64,000 nucleotides of DNA. Origin: Candidatus Woesearchaeota archaeon (GTDB lineage Archaea; Nanobdellota; Nanobdellia; SCGC-AAA011-G17; PNOQ01). The position numbers were made by a program, and so were the translations under genes. The stretch lies in contig CAZPJW010000002.1 of assembly GCA_964587005.1 (NCBI GenBank), forward strand, positions 12,487-76,486, written 5' to 3'. A model generated the notes under the pieces. It was not told the DNA's origin, did not search any database, and saw nothing but the letters and a program-made list of their open reading frames with translations. Of this stretch, positions 56,840 through 64,000 are shown piece after piece (position 1 is the first letter of the stretch; each line of letters opens with the position of its first letter).

Positions 56840-57728
56840 TCATAAAGTCTTTTGCTGCTATCGTTTTTGGAAAAACTTTTTTTGCTTCTTTTACTAATGG
56901 GGTTGAGGATTTATACCTTCTTCCAATATGGGTTAAAATTAATTTTTTCACTTTTGCTTTTTTTGCTATTTCTGCGGCCCGTTTTGCAGTGGTATGCTTT
57001 CTTTTTTTTGCTATGTCTTCTAAATTTGAGGAATAGCTAGATTCCATGATTAAAACATCTGAGTCCTTTGTTACTTTTTCTAGTTTTTTTGTAGGATAAT
57101 TATCCAAGATTATTGAGATTTTTTTCCCAGGAATTAAGGTTGTTGCGTCTTTTGCTAGGATTTTTTGTTTTTTGTATGTTATGTTTTTCCCTTTTTGTAA
57201 TTTGCCAAGAAGGGGGTCTCTAGTTAGGCCAAATTTCTTTAGATAATTCAGTTTCATCTTTCTTTTATCTTTTTCTTTTATCACATACCCAAGAGTTGGG
57301 CAAGAATGTTTTAGATTTGTTGAATAAAACTCTAGATCTTTTGTTTTTAGGAATAAGCCCGGTTTTTCAATCTCATGAATTTTTATTTTTACTTTATCGG
57401 GTCTAACGAAAAAGCTAAACATTTTATTCATGAATTCTTTTGTTCCCTTTGGGCCATAGATTTCCAATGTTTTTGAGTATTCTAGAGATCCTAAAGTAAA
57501 CAATAGTCCTGGGATGCCCAATATATGGTCCCCATGCCAGTGAGAGATTAATATTTTTGTTATTTTTGTTGGTTTTATCTCTGCAATTTTTAATTGTCTT
57601 TGAGTTCCTTCTCCACAGTCTACTAAAATATTTTCATTTCCATGATTGAGTAGAATAGAAGTATGATTCCTATCTTTAGTTGGATGCATGTCCGAGGTCC
57701 CCAAAAATGTTATTTTCATAGATTTCAT
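56826..57728 (-). CDS. rnz: ribonuclease Z (tRNA 3' endonuclease, metallo-beta-lactamase fold)
   Basis: 300 aa with HWHGDH and MBL motifs. Confidence 0.85.
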   Translation of the reverse strand: MKSMKITFLGTSDMHPTKDRNHTSILLNHGNENILVDCGEGTQRQLKIAEIKPTKITKILISHWHGDHILGIPGLLFTLGSLEYSKTLEIYGPKGTKEFMNKMFSFFVRPDKVKIKIHEIEKPGLFLKTKDLEFYSTNLKHSCPTLGYVIKEKDKRKMKLNYLKKFGLTRDPLLGKLQKGKNITYKKQKILAKDATTLIPGKKISIILDNYPTKKLEKVTKDSDVLIMESSYSSNLEDIAKKRKHTTAKRAAEIAKKAKVKKLILTHIGRRYKSSTPLVKEAKKVFPKTIAAKDFMTISL

Positions 57729-57760
57729 TTAAAGAAAGGTTTTTAAATAATTTTTCCTTT

Positions 57761-58297
57761 TTGTTTTTCATGAAAGATACAATAATCGGAGAGTTTGAAG
57801 AGTTAAATGTAGTGGCAGAGGATAATGCTAAGTCTAGATCTGTTTATGATAAAGGGAGATTTGGAGAACTAAAGCGAGGAAAATTTAGATATTCTTTGGC
57901 TGAAGCTCTTTTTTTGATTGAGAAAGGTTTGCTGAAAGTTGTTGATGGAAGAAAGAAAGAAATGTCTGAGGAGTCCTTTGTTAGGAAAGCCAAGAAGTTA
58001 GAATCAAAGTTTTTGATTAAATATGGTGCATATAAGGATATGAGGTCTAGAGGGTATATTGTGAAGACTGCATTAAAGTTTGGTGCGGATTTTAGGATTT
58101 ATGATAGGGGCGTTAAACCTGGAGAAGATCATGCTAAGTGGGTTCTTTATGCAGTGCATGAATCGGAAGGGTTTAGTTGGCAAGAATTTAGTGCAAAAAA
58201 TAGAGTTGCACATTCTACTAGGAAAAACTTACTTATTGCAATTATTGATGATGAGGGAGATGTTACTTATTATCATATTGAATGGAAGAGGCCATAA
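57761..58297 (+). CDS. endA: tRNA-splicing endonuclease
   Basis: 178 aa. C-terminal catalytic domain with the KFGADFRIYDRG region and a conserved His/Lys. Confidence 0.75.
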   Translation: MFFMKDTIIGEFEELNVVAEDNAKSRSVYDKGRFGELKRGKFRYSLAEALFLIEKGLLKVVDGRKKEMSEESFVRKAKKLESKFLIKYGAYKDMRSRGYIVKTALKFGADFRIYDRGVKPGEDHAKWVLYAVHESEGFSWQEFSAKNRVAHSTRKNLLIAIIDDEGDVTYYHIEWKRP

Positions 58298-58327
58298 CTT
58301 TTTATACTAATTTGAATTCTCATTTTT

Positions 58328-59203
58328 ATGGTTGCAGACAATAGAGAAGAGATTTTGAGCATAGTAAAAAGAGAGGGACCAATTTTGCCTTCTAAATTAG
58401 CTAAAGAGATTAATACAAATATTTTGTTTGCTAGTGCTATCCTTTCTGAGTTAGTTGATAAGAAACACCTTATTTTGACAAACGTTAAAAGGGGGGGTAG
58501 TCCTTTTTATTATATTAAGGGCCAAGAATCTAAATTAGAGAATTTGTCTGAATTTTTAAGTGGGAAGTTAAGAGAGATTTTTAGTTTACTTAAAGAGAGT
58601 GGAGTGATTAGAGATAAGACTGCCGAACCATGGCAGAGAGTTGCTCTTAGAGAAATAAAAGATTTTGCGGTTCCTTTGAATGTGGGTGTTTCTGGAGAGT
58701 ATGAAATTTTTTGGAAATATTTTTTGCTAGGTAATGATGAGACTAAAAAATTAATAAAGGAAGAGTTGGGGGTAGGTGATACTGAAGAAGAAAAAGCAAT
58801 TAAGACAACAGATGAGAAAAAAGAAGAAAAGATAGAAGAACCAAAAAAAGAAGTTAAGAAAACAGAGGAAAAGGTGTTGACTAAGGGAGAGAAAGTTATC
58901 TTAGATTCCGTTGATGAGTATTTTAGTAAGAATGATGTTTATGTTATTTCACAAGATGTTTTAAGGAAGAAAAAAGAAGTTAATTATACAGTGGATTTTC
59001 CTACTAGTTTAGGAAAATTAAGATATTTTGTAAAAGTGAGGGATAAGAAGAGCATAAATGATAAAGATTTGCAGGGTGCGTGGGATGAAGGAGATAAAAA
59101 GAAATTACCAGTTTTATTTTTGACCCGTGGAGAATTGACAAAAAAGGCAGAAAAATTTTTAAATGATAATGTCTCTGGGCAATTCTTATTTCGACAAATA
59201 TAG
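58328..59203 (+). CDS. winged-helix N-terminal domain protein with Lys/Glu-rich linker and C-terminal alpha/beta domain
   Basis: 291 aa. A wHTH with wing NVKRGGSPFYYIKG. The C-terminal domain is of unknown function. Confidence 0.35.
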   Translation: MVADNREEILSIVKREGPILPSKLAKEINTNILFASAILSELVDKKHLILTNVKRGGSPFYYIKGQESKLENLSEFLSGKLREIFSLLKESGVIRDKTAEPWQRVALREIKDFAVPLNVGVSGEYEIFWKYFLLGNDETKKLIKEELGVGDTEEEKAIKTTDEKKEEKIEEPKKEVKKTEEKVLTKGEKVILDSVDEYFSKNDVYVISQDVLRKKKEVNYTVDFPTSLGKLRYFVKVRDKKSINDKDLQGAWDEGDKKKLPVLFLTRGELTKKAEKFLNDNVSGQFLFRQI

Positions 59204-59240
59204 AAAGATTTAAGTATCTGGATTTTTTTGTTATTCTATC

Positions 59241-59471
59241 ATGAAAAGAGAGAGAAAAGAGGTTTCTGACAAAGTAGTGGTTGTATTATTGATTTCTGCA
59301 GTAGTTGTTTCCGTTTTAGGAGCCTTTGTTGTTTATGAATATTCACATTCTTATGGTCTTGGAGAAGAAGGTCAAGTTGAAGATCAATCTACCGGAAGAG
59401 TGGTTTTGAATGTTGTTGAAGCGCCACAAGGAGATTTTGAAGTGGAGGTAGAAGATGAAGATTTCAAATAA
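59241..59471 (+). CDS. small membrane-anchored protein
   Basis: 76 aa. MKRERKEVSDK, then a hydrophobic helix, then an acidic tail. Confidence 0.3.
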   Translation: MKRERKEVSDKVVVVLLISAVVVSVLGAFVVYEYSHSYGLGEEGQVEDQSTGRVVLNVVEAPQGDFEVEVEDEDFK

Positions 59472-60015
59472 TAGTTTAGTTGTTCTTTTGGCTGTAGCAA
59501 TAATTGCTTCTGTAGGTGGAACTTTTGTTAGTGTTTCTTTTATGGATGATATTATTACTGGTGCTGCTACAACTTTAGGTAATGTTACTTTAACCATTGG
59601 GGGGACTGCTAATTGTAATGCAACTGATGATTTGATTGCTTTTGGGACTATTTCTCAAGGAGTAAATAACCAAACTACTGGAGATACTGGGGCATATGAT
59701 TGGATTACTATTGAGAATACGGGTAATGTTAATTTAGATATAACTGCTGAGACGCAGGCTAATTTGTTTTCTTCTTATTCTGCTCCAACTGCGTATTGGA
59801 AAATTTATTGTAATAACACTCAGGGCGGAGGAACTTGTAATGGTACTCACCATAATTTACAAGAATCCTCTAATGCGACAAGTATTATAACTGGCCATGT
59901 GTTTGCTGATGCAACTGATGAATGTTATATTGGTATGAATATTACTGTTCCAATGGATGAGGCAACGGGCGCTAAACACGGGGATATCTTATTTACCTGT
60001 ACACAAGCTGCTTAG
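59455..60015 (+). CDS. secreted N-glycosylation-sequon-rich protein (tandem paralog A)
   Basis: 186 aa with a signal peptide. At least 8 N-x-S/T sequons (NVT, NCNAT, NQTT, NTGN, NNTQ, NGTH, NAT, NIT). Confidence 0.5.
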   Translation: MKISNNSLVVLLAVAIIASVGGTFVSVSFMDDIITGAATTLGNVTLTIGGTANCNATDDLIAFGTISQGVNNQTTGDTGAYDWITIENTGNVNLDITAETQANLFSSYSAPTAYWKIYCNNTQGGGTCNGTHHNLQESSNATSIITGHVFADATDECYIGMNITVPMDEATGAKHGDILFTCTQAA

Positions 60016-60036
60016 TTTTTCTTTTTTTAAGAATTA

Positions 60037-60663
60037 GTGTCTTATGTTGGGAAAAGTTTAAATACTTATTTTTGTTGTTCTTTTATTATGAATAAGAAGA
60101 AGGTTTCGAATAATAGTTTAGTTGTTCTTTTGGCTGTAGCAATAATTGCTTCTGTAGGGGGGACCTTTATTACAATTAGTTTTATGGATGATATTATAAC
60201 TGGTGCTGCTACAACATTGGGTAATGTTACTTTAACTATTGGCGGTACTGCCAATTGTAATGCAACGGACGATTTGATTGCATTTGGAATTATTTCTCAG
60301 GGAGTGAATAATCAGACTACCGGAGATACGGGGGCATATGATTGGATTACTATTGAGAATACAGGAAATGTTAATTTGGATATAGAGGCGGCAGCGCAAG
60401 CCGATTTGTTTGCATCTTATACTGCTCCAACGGATAATTGGAAGATTTATTGTAATAATACTCAGGGTGGAGGAACTTGTAATGGAACTCACCACAATGT
60501 AGGGAATATTGGTGCTGGAAATGCTACAATGTTAATAACCAGCCATGTGTTTGCTGATGCAACTGATGAAGTATATATTGGTATGAATGTTACAGTTCCT
60601 GCAGATGAAGCTGTTGGTTCTAAGCACGGAGATATATTATTTACTTGTACGCAGTCTTCTTAG
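60037..60663 (+). CDS. secreted N-glycosylation-sequon-rich protein (tandem paralog B)
   Basis: Likely start at MNKKKVSNNSLVV (about 60088). Roughly 85% identical to paralog A along its entire length. Confidence 0.5.
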   Translation: MSYVGKSLNTYFCCSFIMNKKKVSNNSLVVLLAVAIIASVGGTFITISFMDDIITGAATTLGNVTLTIGGTANCNATDDLIAFGIISQGVNNQTTGDTGAYDWITIENTGNVNLDIEAAAQADLFASYTAPTDNWKIYCNNTQGGGTCNGTHHNVGNIGAGNATMLITSHVFADATDEVYIGMNVTVPADEAVGSKHGDILFTCTQSS

Positions 60664-60705
60664 TAAATAGAAATTCTTAAAAACATCTTTCTCACTTTAT
60701 TTTAT

Positions 60706-61845
60706 ATGAAAAAGACTTGGGTGATTTTTTTGGTGCTAGTAATATGTTTACCTAATGTTTTATCTTATGCTGTTAGTCCTGGAAAGACGATAGTATTCTT
60801 TTCTGGAGATACCCTATATGAAGAGTTAAGTGTTTCAGTTAGGAATGACAAAGGTATTTCAAATGAGGGCGAAATGTATATTTTTGGGAAAAGTGTTCCT
60901 GAAGAATATGTGAACTTTGATCCCATTAATGTTACGTTTGAACCATATGAAAAAAAGGTTTTTGATTTTTCAATTGCTATTCCCGAACAATTTGAAGAAC
61001 CAGGGGATTATAGATTTGATTTTGTGACCAAGGAAATTTTTGAAGAAGAAGAAGACTCTGGAGCAACAATTACAGTTAAGACTGCTGTTGCAGGAGTGTT
61101 TATAGTAAGGGTTCCTGCTGAAGGATATTTTTTGAAATCTAGTTTGGAAGCAAGAGGAGTTATTTCAGGAGAACCGGTCCCCTTTGTTTTAACTTTGGAA
61201 AATCTTGGTACTTATGCTATCAATGATATACAAGGTATTTTAGAAATTAGTGATGAATCTGGAAATTTAATTGATGAATTAGAATTTACTTATGATCTTC
61301 CTTTGTATTCCGTGGAACAACTTGAATTAAATTGGGATTCTGAAGGTGCAAGTTATGGAAATTATCATGCAAAGGCAATTATGACTTTTCAGGGAAAAGA
61401 GGAAATTGCTGAAACTGACTTCAAGGTGGGGGAAATGCACGTTAGTATTTTGGAATATGACAAATCTGTAAGTTCTGGTGATATAAATAAATTTAAATTA
61501 AAAATAAGGAGTGATTGGGGAGATCAAATAAATGATGCTTATGCTATTTTGGATGTGACTACTGAGGTGGCCCATCAGTTCAAAAGTAGCAATTTTAACT
61601 TAGAACCTTGGCAAGAGAAAGAGATAATTGTTTATGTTGATGCACAAATGTTAGAAAAAGGAGAGTATCCGTCGAAAATAGGGATTATGTATGAAGGAGT
61701 TTATGATGGGGAAGAATTTGAATTGAAGGTGACTTCTTTTGATATTGTTCCGATTATTGTGGGGGCAGCTATTTTTATTGTTGTCTTTGGGTTTGGATAT
61801 TTGTTTTTGATAATAAGGAAATTGAAGAAGGGGAAAAATGTTTGA
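60706..61845 (+). CDS. secreted protein with C-terminal TM anchor and basic tail
   Basis: 379 aa. Signal peptide. C-terminus IVPIIVGAAIFIVVFGFGYLFLIIRKLKKGKNV. Confidence 0.4.
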   Translation: MKKTWVIFLVLVICLPNVLSYAVSPGKTIVFFSGDTLYEELSVSVRNDKGISNEGEMYIFGKSVPEEYVNFDPINVTFEPYEKKVFDFSIAIPEQFEEPGDYRFDFVTKEIFEEEEDSGATITVKTAVAGVFIVRVPAEGYFLKSSLEARGVISGEPVPFVLTLENLGTYAINDIQGILEISDESGNLIDELEFTYDLPLYSVEQLELNWDSEGASYGNYHAKAIMTFQGKEEIAETDFKVGEMHVSILEYDKSVSSGDINKFKLKIRSDWGDQINDAYAILDVTTEVAHQFKSSNFNLEPWQEKEIIVYVDAQMLEKGEYPSKIGIMYEGVYDGEEFELKVTSFDIVPIIVGAAIFIVVFGFGYLFLIIRKLKKGKNV

Positions 61846-62710
61846 TAGTAGAAAGATTATTACATTACTTGCACTTTTACTTATTTGTGTGTCTATTGTG
61901 ATGCCAAGTATAGTTTATTTTAATTACTCTGGGGAGGTCCGGCCCGAGGATTCTTTCTCTGTTGCCGAAGTTAGTTTGACTGTCGTGTCTTCTGGTGGAG
62001 ATGATAGTGGAGGCGGTGGCGGCTCTGGTGGTGGCGGAGGAATTCCTGCTGAAACTACTCACTTGGTTGATTTTAGTGAAGAAGAAGATGGATACTCTAT
62101 TGAGCCCGGAAAAGGAGACACAATTAAGATTCTTTTTGAGGGAGGAATAGAATATAATTTTATTGTTTCTAGGTTTGCTTGGGCAGATGAATTGATTTTG
62201 AAGTTGGGAGATAATGAATATCAGATTAGTTATGATGAGATTGCTTATTTTGATTTGGATGGCGATGAAGTGAATGATATTTCTATTAACTTTGTCAGTG
62301 ATAAAATCATTAAAATTAGATTACTTGTTACTTTGGATGATTTTGAGGGGGGTGGCGAAATTACTATGGAAAAAGATAAAGTAAGATATCCTTCTTTCAA
62401 AGTTCCGGGTTTGGGGGTTGAAATGAGTATCTTATTTATTTTTGTCTTAGTTGCTATTGCTATCTTTATTGTATTTATTTATCACAATATAAGATTAAGA
62501 AGATTTGAGAAAACACATAAAAATAAATTGACAAAAATTTATTCAAAATATCATAAAAAGAGAAGAACCAAAGAAGAAAAAATGAAGACAAAGGAAAGAT
62601 TTGAGAAGCAGCTCGATACTTTGAAAAAAGCATATGCCCATGGTTATGTATCTAAAGATTCATACGGCAAGGGCAGACAAAGGATTAAAGGACTAATCAA
62701 AAAATTATAA
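61838..62710 (+). CDS. secreted protein with Gly-rich linker and C-terminal TM + basic cytoplasmic tail
   Basis: 290 aa. Signal peptide. GGDDSGGGGGSGGGGG linker. TM near residue 205. KR-rich tail. Confidence 0.4.
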   Translation: MFDSRKIITLLALLLICVSIVMPSIVYFNYSGEVRPEDSFSVAEVSLTVVSSGGDDSGGGGGSGGGGGIPAETTHLVDFSEEEDGYSIEPGKGDTIKILFEGGIEYNFIVSRFAWADELILKLGDNEYQISYDEIAYFDLDGDEVNDISINFVSDKIIKIRLLVTLDDFEGGGEITMEKDKVRYPSFKVPGLGVEMSILFIFVLVAIAIFIVFIYHNIRLRRFEKTHKNKLTKIYSKYHKKRRTKEEKMKTKERFEKQLDTLKKAYAHGYVSKDSYGKGRQRIKGLIKKL

Positions 62711-62751
62711 AAGAGGAAGATTTATAAATAAAAAAACCAAAATAAATAAAG

Positions 62752-63072
62752 ATGGTTGGAAAAACTAAGAAAAAAAATAAGAAGAAAGTTTCTAGTCATT
62801 CAGTTCTTAATGAAGCGTTGGGTGATGTATCTAAAGAGCTAAGTAAATTAAAAAAGAATAAGATTTCTTTATCAACTAAATTAGGAAAATTAGAGTCGGA
62901 TATAGTAAATGCTCAGAATAGTGAAACTAAGTTGAGAGATAGGATTTCTAAATTGATAGCAAAAGAATCGGAATTAAATAAGTCTAAGGGTATTTCTCAG
63001 GCCAAACTTTTGAGAACGAAAGAAAAGATAGCTAAGATTAAGAAAATACAAGAAGAATTAAGAGACATTTGA
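62752..63072 (+). CDS. basic coiled-coil protein
   Basis: 106 aa. Lys-rich N-terminus followed by a heptad-like coiled coil. Confidence 0.35.
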   Translation: MVGKTKKKNKKKVSSHSVLNEALGDVSKELSKLKKNKISLSTKLGKLESDIVNAQNSETKLRDRISKLIAKESELNKSKGISQAKLLRTKEKIAKIKKIQEELRDI

Positions 63073-63144
63073 TGTAGGTAAACTAGTTTTGGAAAGGTTT
63101 TTATAGTATAGTTTGTTATTTCTATTTGAAAAGAGGGGTCGGTT

Positions 63145-64000
63145 TTGGTTTATAAGAAATATATAACTAGAGGTGGAAAGAAGTTTGGTCCATATTATTT
63201 TAAGAGTGTTAGAACTCCTAATGGGAAAGTTAAAAGTGTTTATTTGGGAACTAAAAATCCTGAAGGGAAGAAATTTTCTTTTGTTACATTCTCCATTGTA
63301 GTTGCACTACTTTTTGTTTTTGGTTTTTTGGGAATGTTTGCTTATCAAGGTTTTAATGTTGCAGAAGTTTCTACTTCTTTAGTAGGTGAAGGGGTTAAGG
63401 AAAGTGTTTCCGGCGATATTGAGGTTGTTAGTGATGTAGATAAACAAGAAGATTCTGTTGAGGGAGTTTTGGATGGGCCCAATCTAAAGCCGGAAGCAGT
63501 TGGCGGAGTTGAAGAGGAATGGACTGAAGAAGATATAGATGAAATAATTCCGGTTGATGAGACTGCGGTGGGAATTTCTGATGAGGTTGATACTTCTGAA
63601 CCAAGTTTAACTGCTTCTAATAAATTTGAACCTGAGAAAGAGGAGATTAGTTTGGATGTAAATGAAAGTGAATTTGTTGAAGAAATATCTTTGATAAATC
63701 TTGGTGTTATAATTAATAAGCCAGTTGTTTGGGAGAAGAGAATTAAGTTAAAGAGGAAGTTGGACTTATTTGATTTAACTCTTCCAGATGGCACTTTTAA
63801 TATAGAATACTATGAAATTGAGGATGGCGAAGAAATATTAATTAAAGAAAAAAATAAAAAAACTGAAGAGGATAACCTGATTACTGGAAATATAGTTTTC
63901 AACTTTTTTGAGGATATTTTTAGGACTACTGGAGAAGCGGTTTATGATTCTAAGAATAATAAAGTTTCTATAAAAAGACCTTCCAAAGAATTTTTGATAA
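63145..64000 (+). CDS. membrane-anchored acidic protein, partial (runs off window end)
   Basis: First in-frame start after the stop at 63127 is TTG 63145; ATG 63330 is the alternative. N-terminus KYITRGGKKFGPYYFKSVRTPNGKVKSVYLG. A TM helix. Then an Asp/Glu-rich domain. The track's antisense ORF 63345..63794 is judged spurious. Confidence 0.35.
   Translation, partial: MVYKKYITRGGKKFGPYYFKSVRTPNGKVKSVYLGTKNPEGKKFSFVTFSIVVALLFVFGFLGMFAYQGFNVAEVSTSLVGEGVKESVSGDIEVVSDVDKQEDSVEGVLDGPNLKPEAVGGVEEEWTEEDIDEIIPVDETAVGISDEVDTSEPSLTASNKFEPEKEEISLDVNESEFVEEISLINLGVIINKPVVWEKRIKLKRKLDLFDLTLPDGTFNIEYYEIEDGEEILIKEKNKKTEEDNLITGNIVFNFFEDIFRTTGEAVYDSKNNKVSIKRPSKEFLI

Noticed and set aside
63345-63794. 149-aa minus-strand ORF (Ser/Thr-rich) listed in the ORF track
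   Set aside because: The plus strand carries a longer, more plausible frame (basic N-terminus, TM, acidic domain) running off the window. The minus frame is the low-complexity mirror of that acidic region.
1-64000. Search for tRNA, rRNA, SRP/RNase P RNA and CRISPR arrays
   Set aside because: No GC-rich cloverleaf-like stretches or T-loop GTTCRANYC motifs found in intergenic spaces by eye. No regularly spaced direct repeats. A covariance-model scan (tRNAscan/Infernal) would be needed to be sure.

Overview
The window is AT-rich (about 30% GC) archaeal chromosomal DNA. The gene content points to a DPANN- or euryarchaeon-like lineage: PolD, Orc1/Cdc6, PAN, archaeal LonB, Hef, RadA, aEF1B, aIF2alpha, L44e/S27e/Nop10, EndA, and many class III (prepilin) signal peptides. 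It is gene-dense on both strands.

Main landmarks:
- A probable replication origin (oriC) at about 14.1-14.4 kb, with ORB-like inverted repeats around an AT-rich core. It lies directly upstream of an orc1/cdc6 - polD small - polD large operon.
- Information-processing genes: argS, lonB, PAN, LigT, Hef, nth-like and UDG glycosylases, a XerA-like recombinase, RPA, RadA, thymidine kinase, aEF1B, RNase Z, tRNA splicing endonuclease, and the conserved L44e-S27e-aIF2alpha-Nop10 block.
- A large type IV pilus-like locus at 31.8-41.4 kb: an unusually long FlaI/VirB11-type ATPase, a FlaJ/TadC-type membrane protein, and at least 10 downstream genes with prepilin-like N-termini, two of them tiny ORFs the six-frame track missed.
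- A prepilin peptidase at 47.7-48.6 kb, followed by a secreted/lipoprotein cluster (49.1-53.6 kb).
- A secreted, N-glycosylation-sequon-rich cluster with a tandem duplicate pair (59.2-62.7 kb).

Less ordinary features:
- Two convergent paralogous coiled-coil + C-terminal winged-HTH genes whose coding sequences and promoter carry clustered palindromic and direct DNA repeats (5.9-7.5 kb).
- A higher-GC block next to the tyrosine recombinase (2.4-5.6 kb).
- A membrane-anchored JAMM/MPN protease.
- Three tandem paralogous membrane proteins with divergent coiled-coil genes beside the pilus ATPase.
- A multi-zinc-ribbon protein with a DUF559/Vsr-like nuclease domain next to radA.
- A nop10 gene with an apparent single-base frameshift.

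No rRNA, tRNA or CRISPR array was recognised by eye. All functional calls come from motif-level reading of the translations; no database searches were run.
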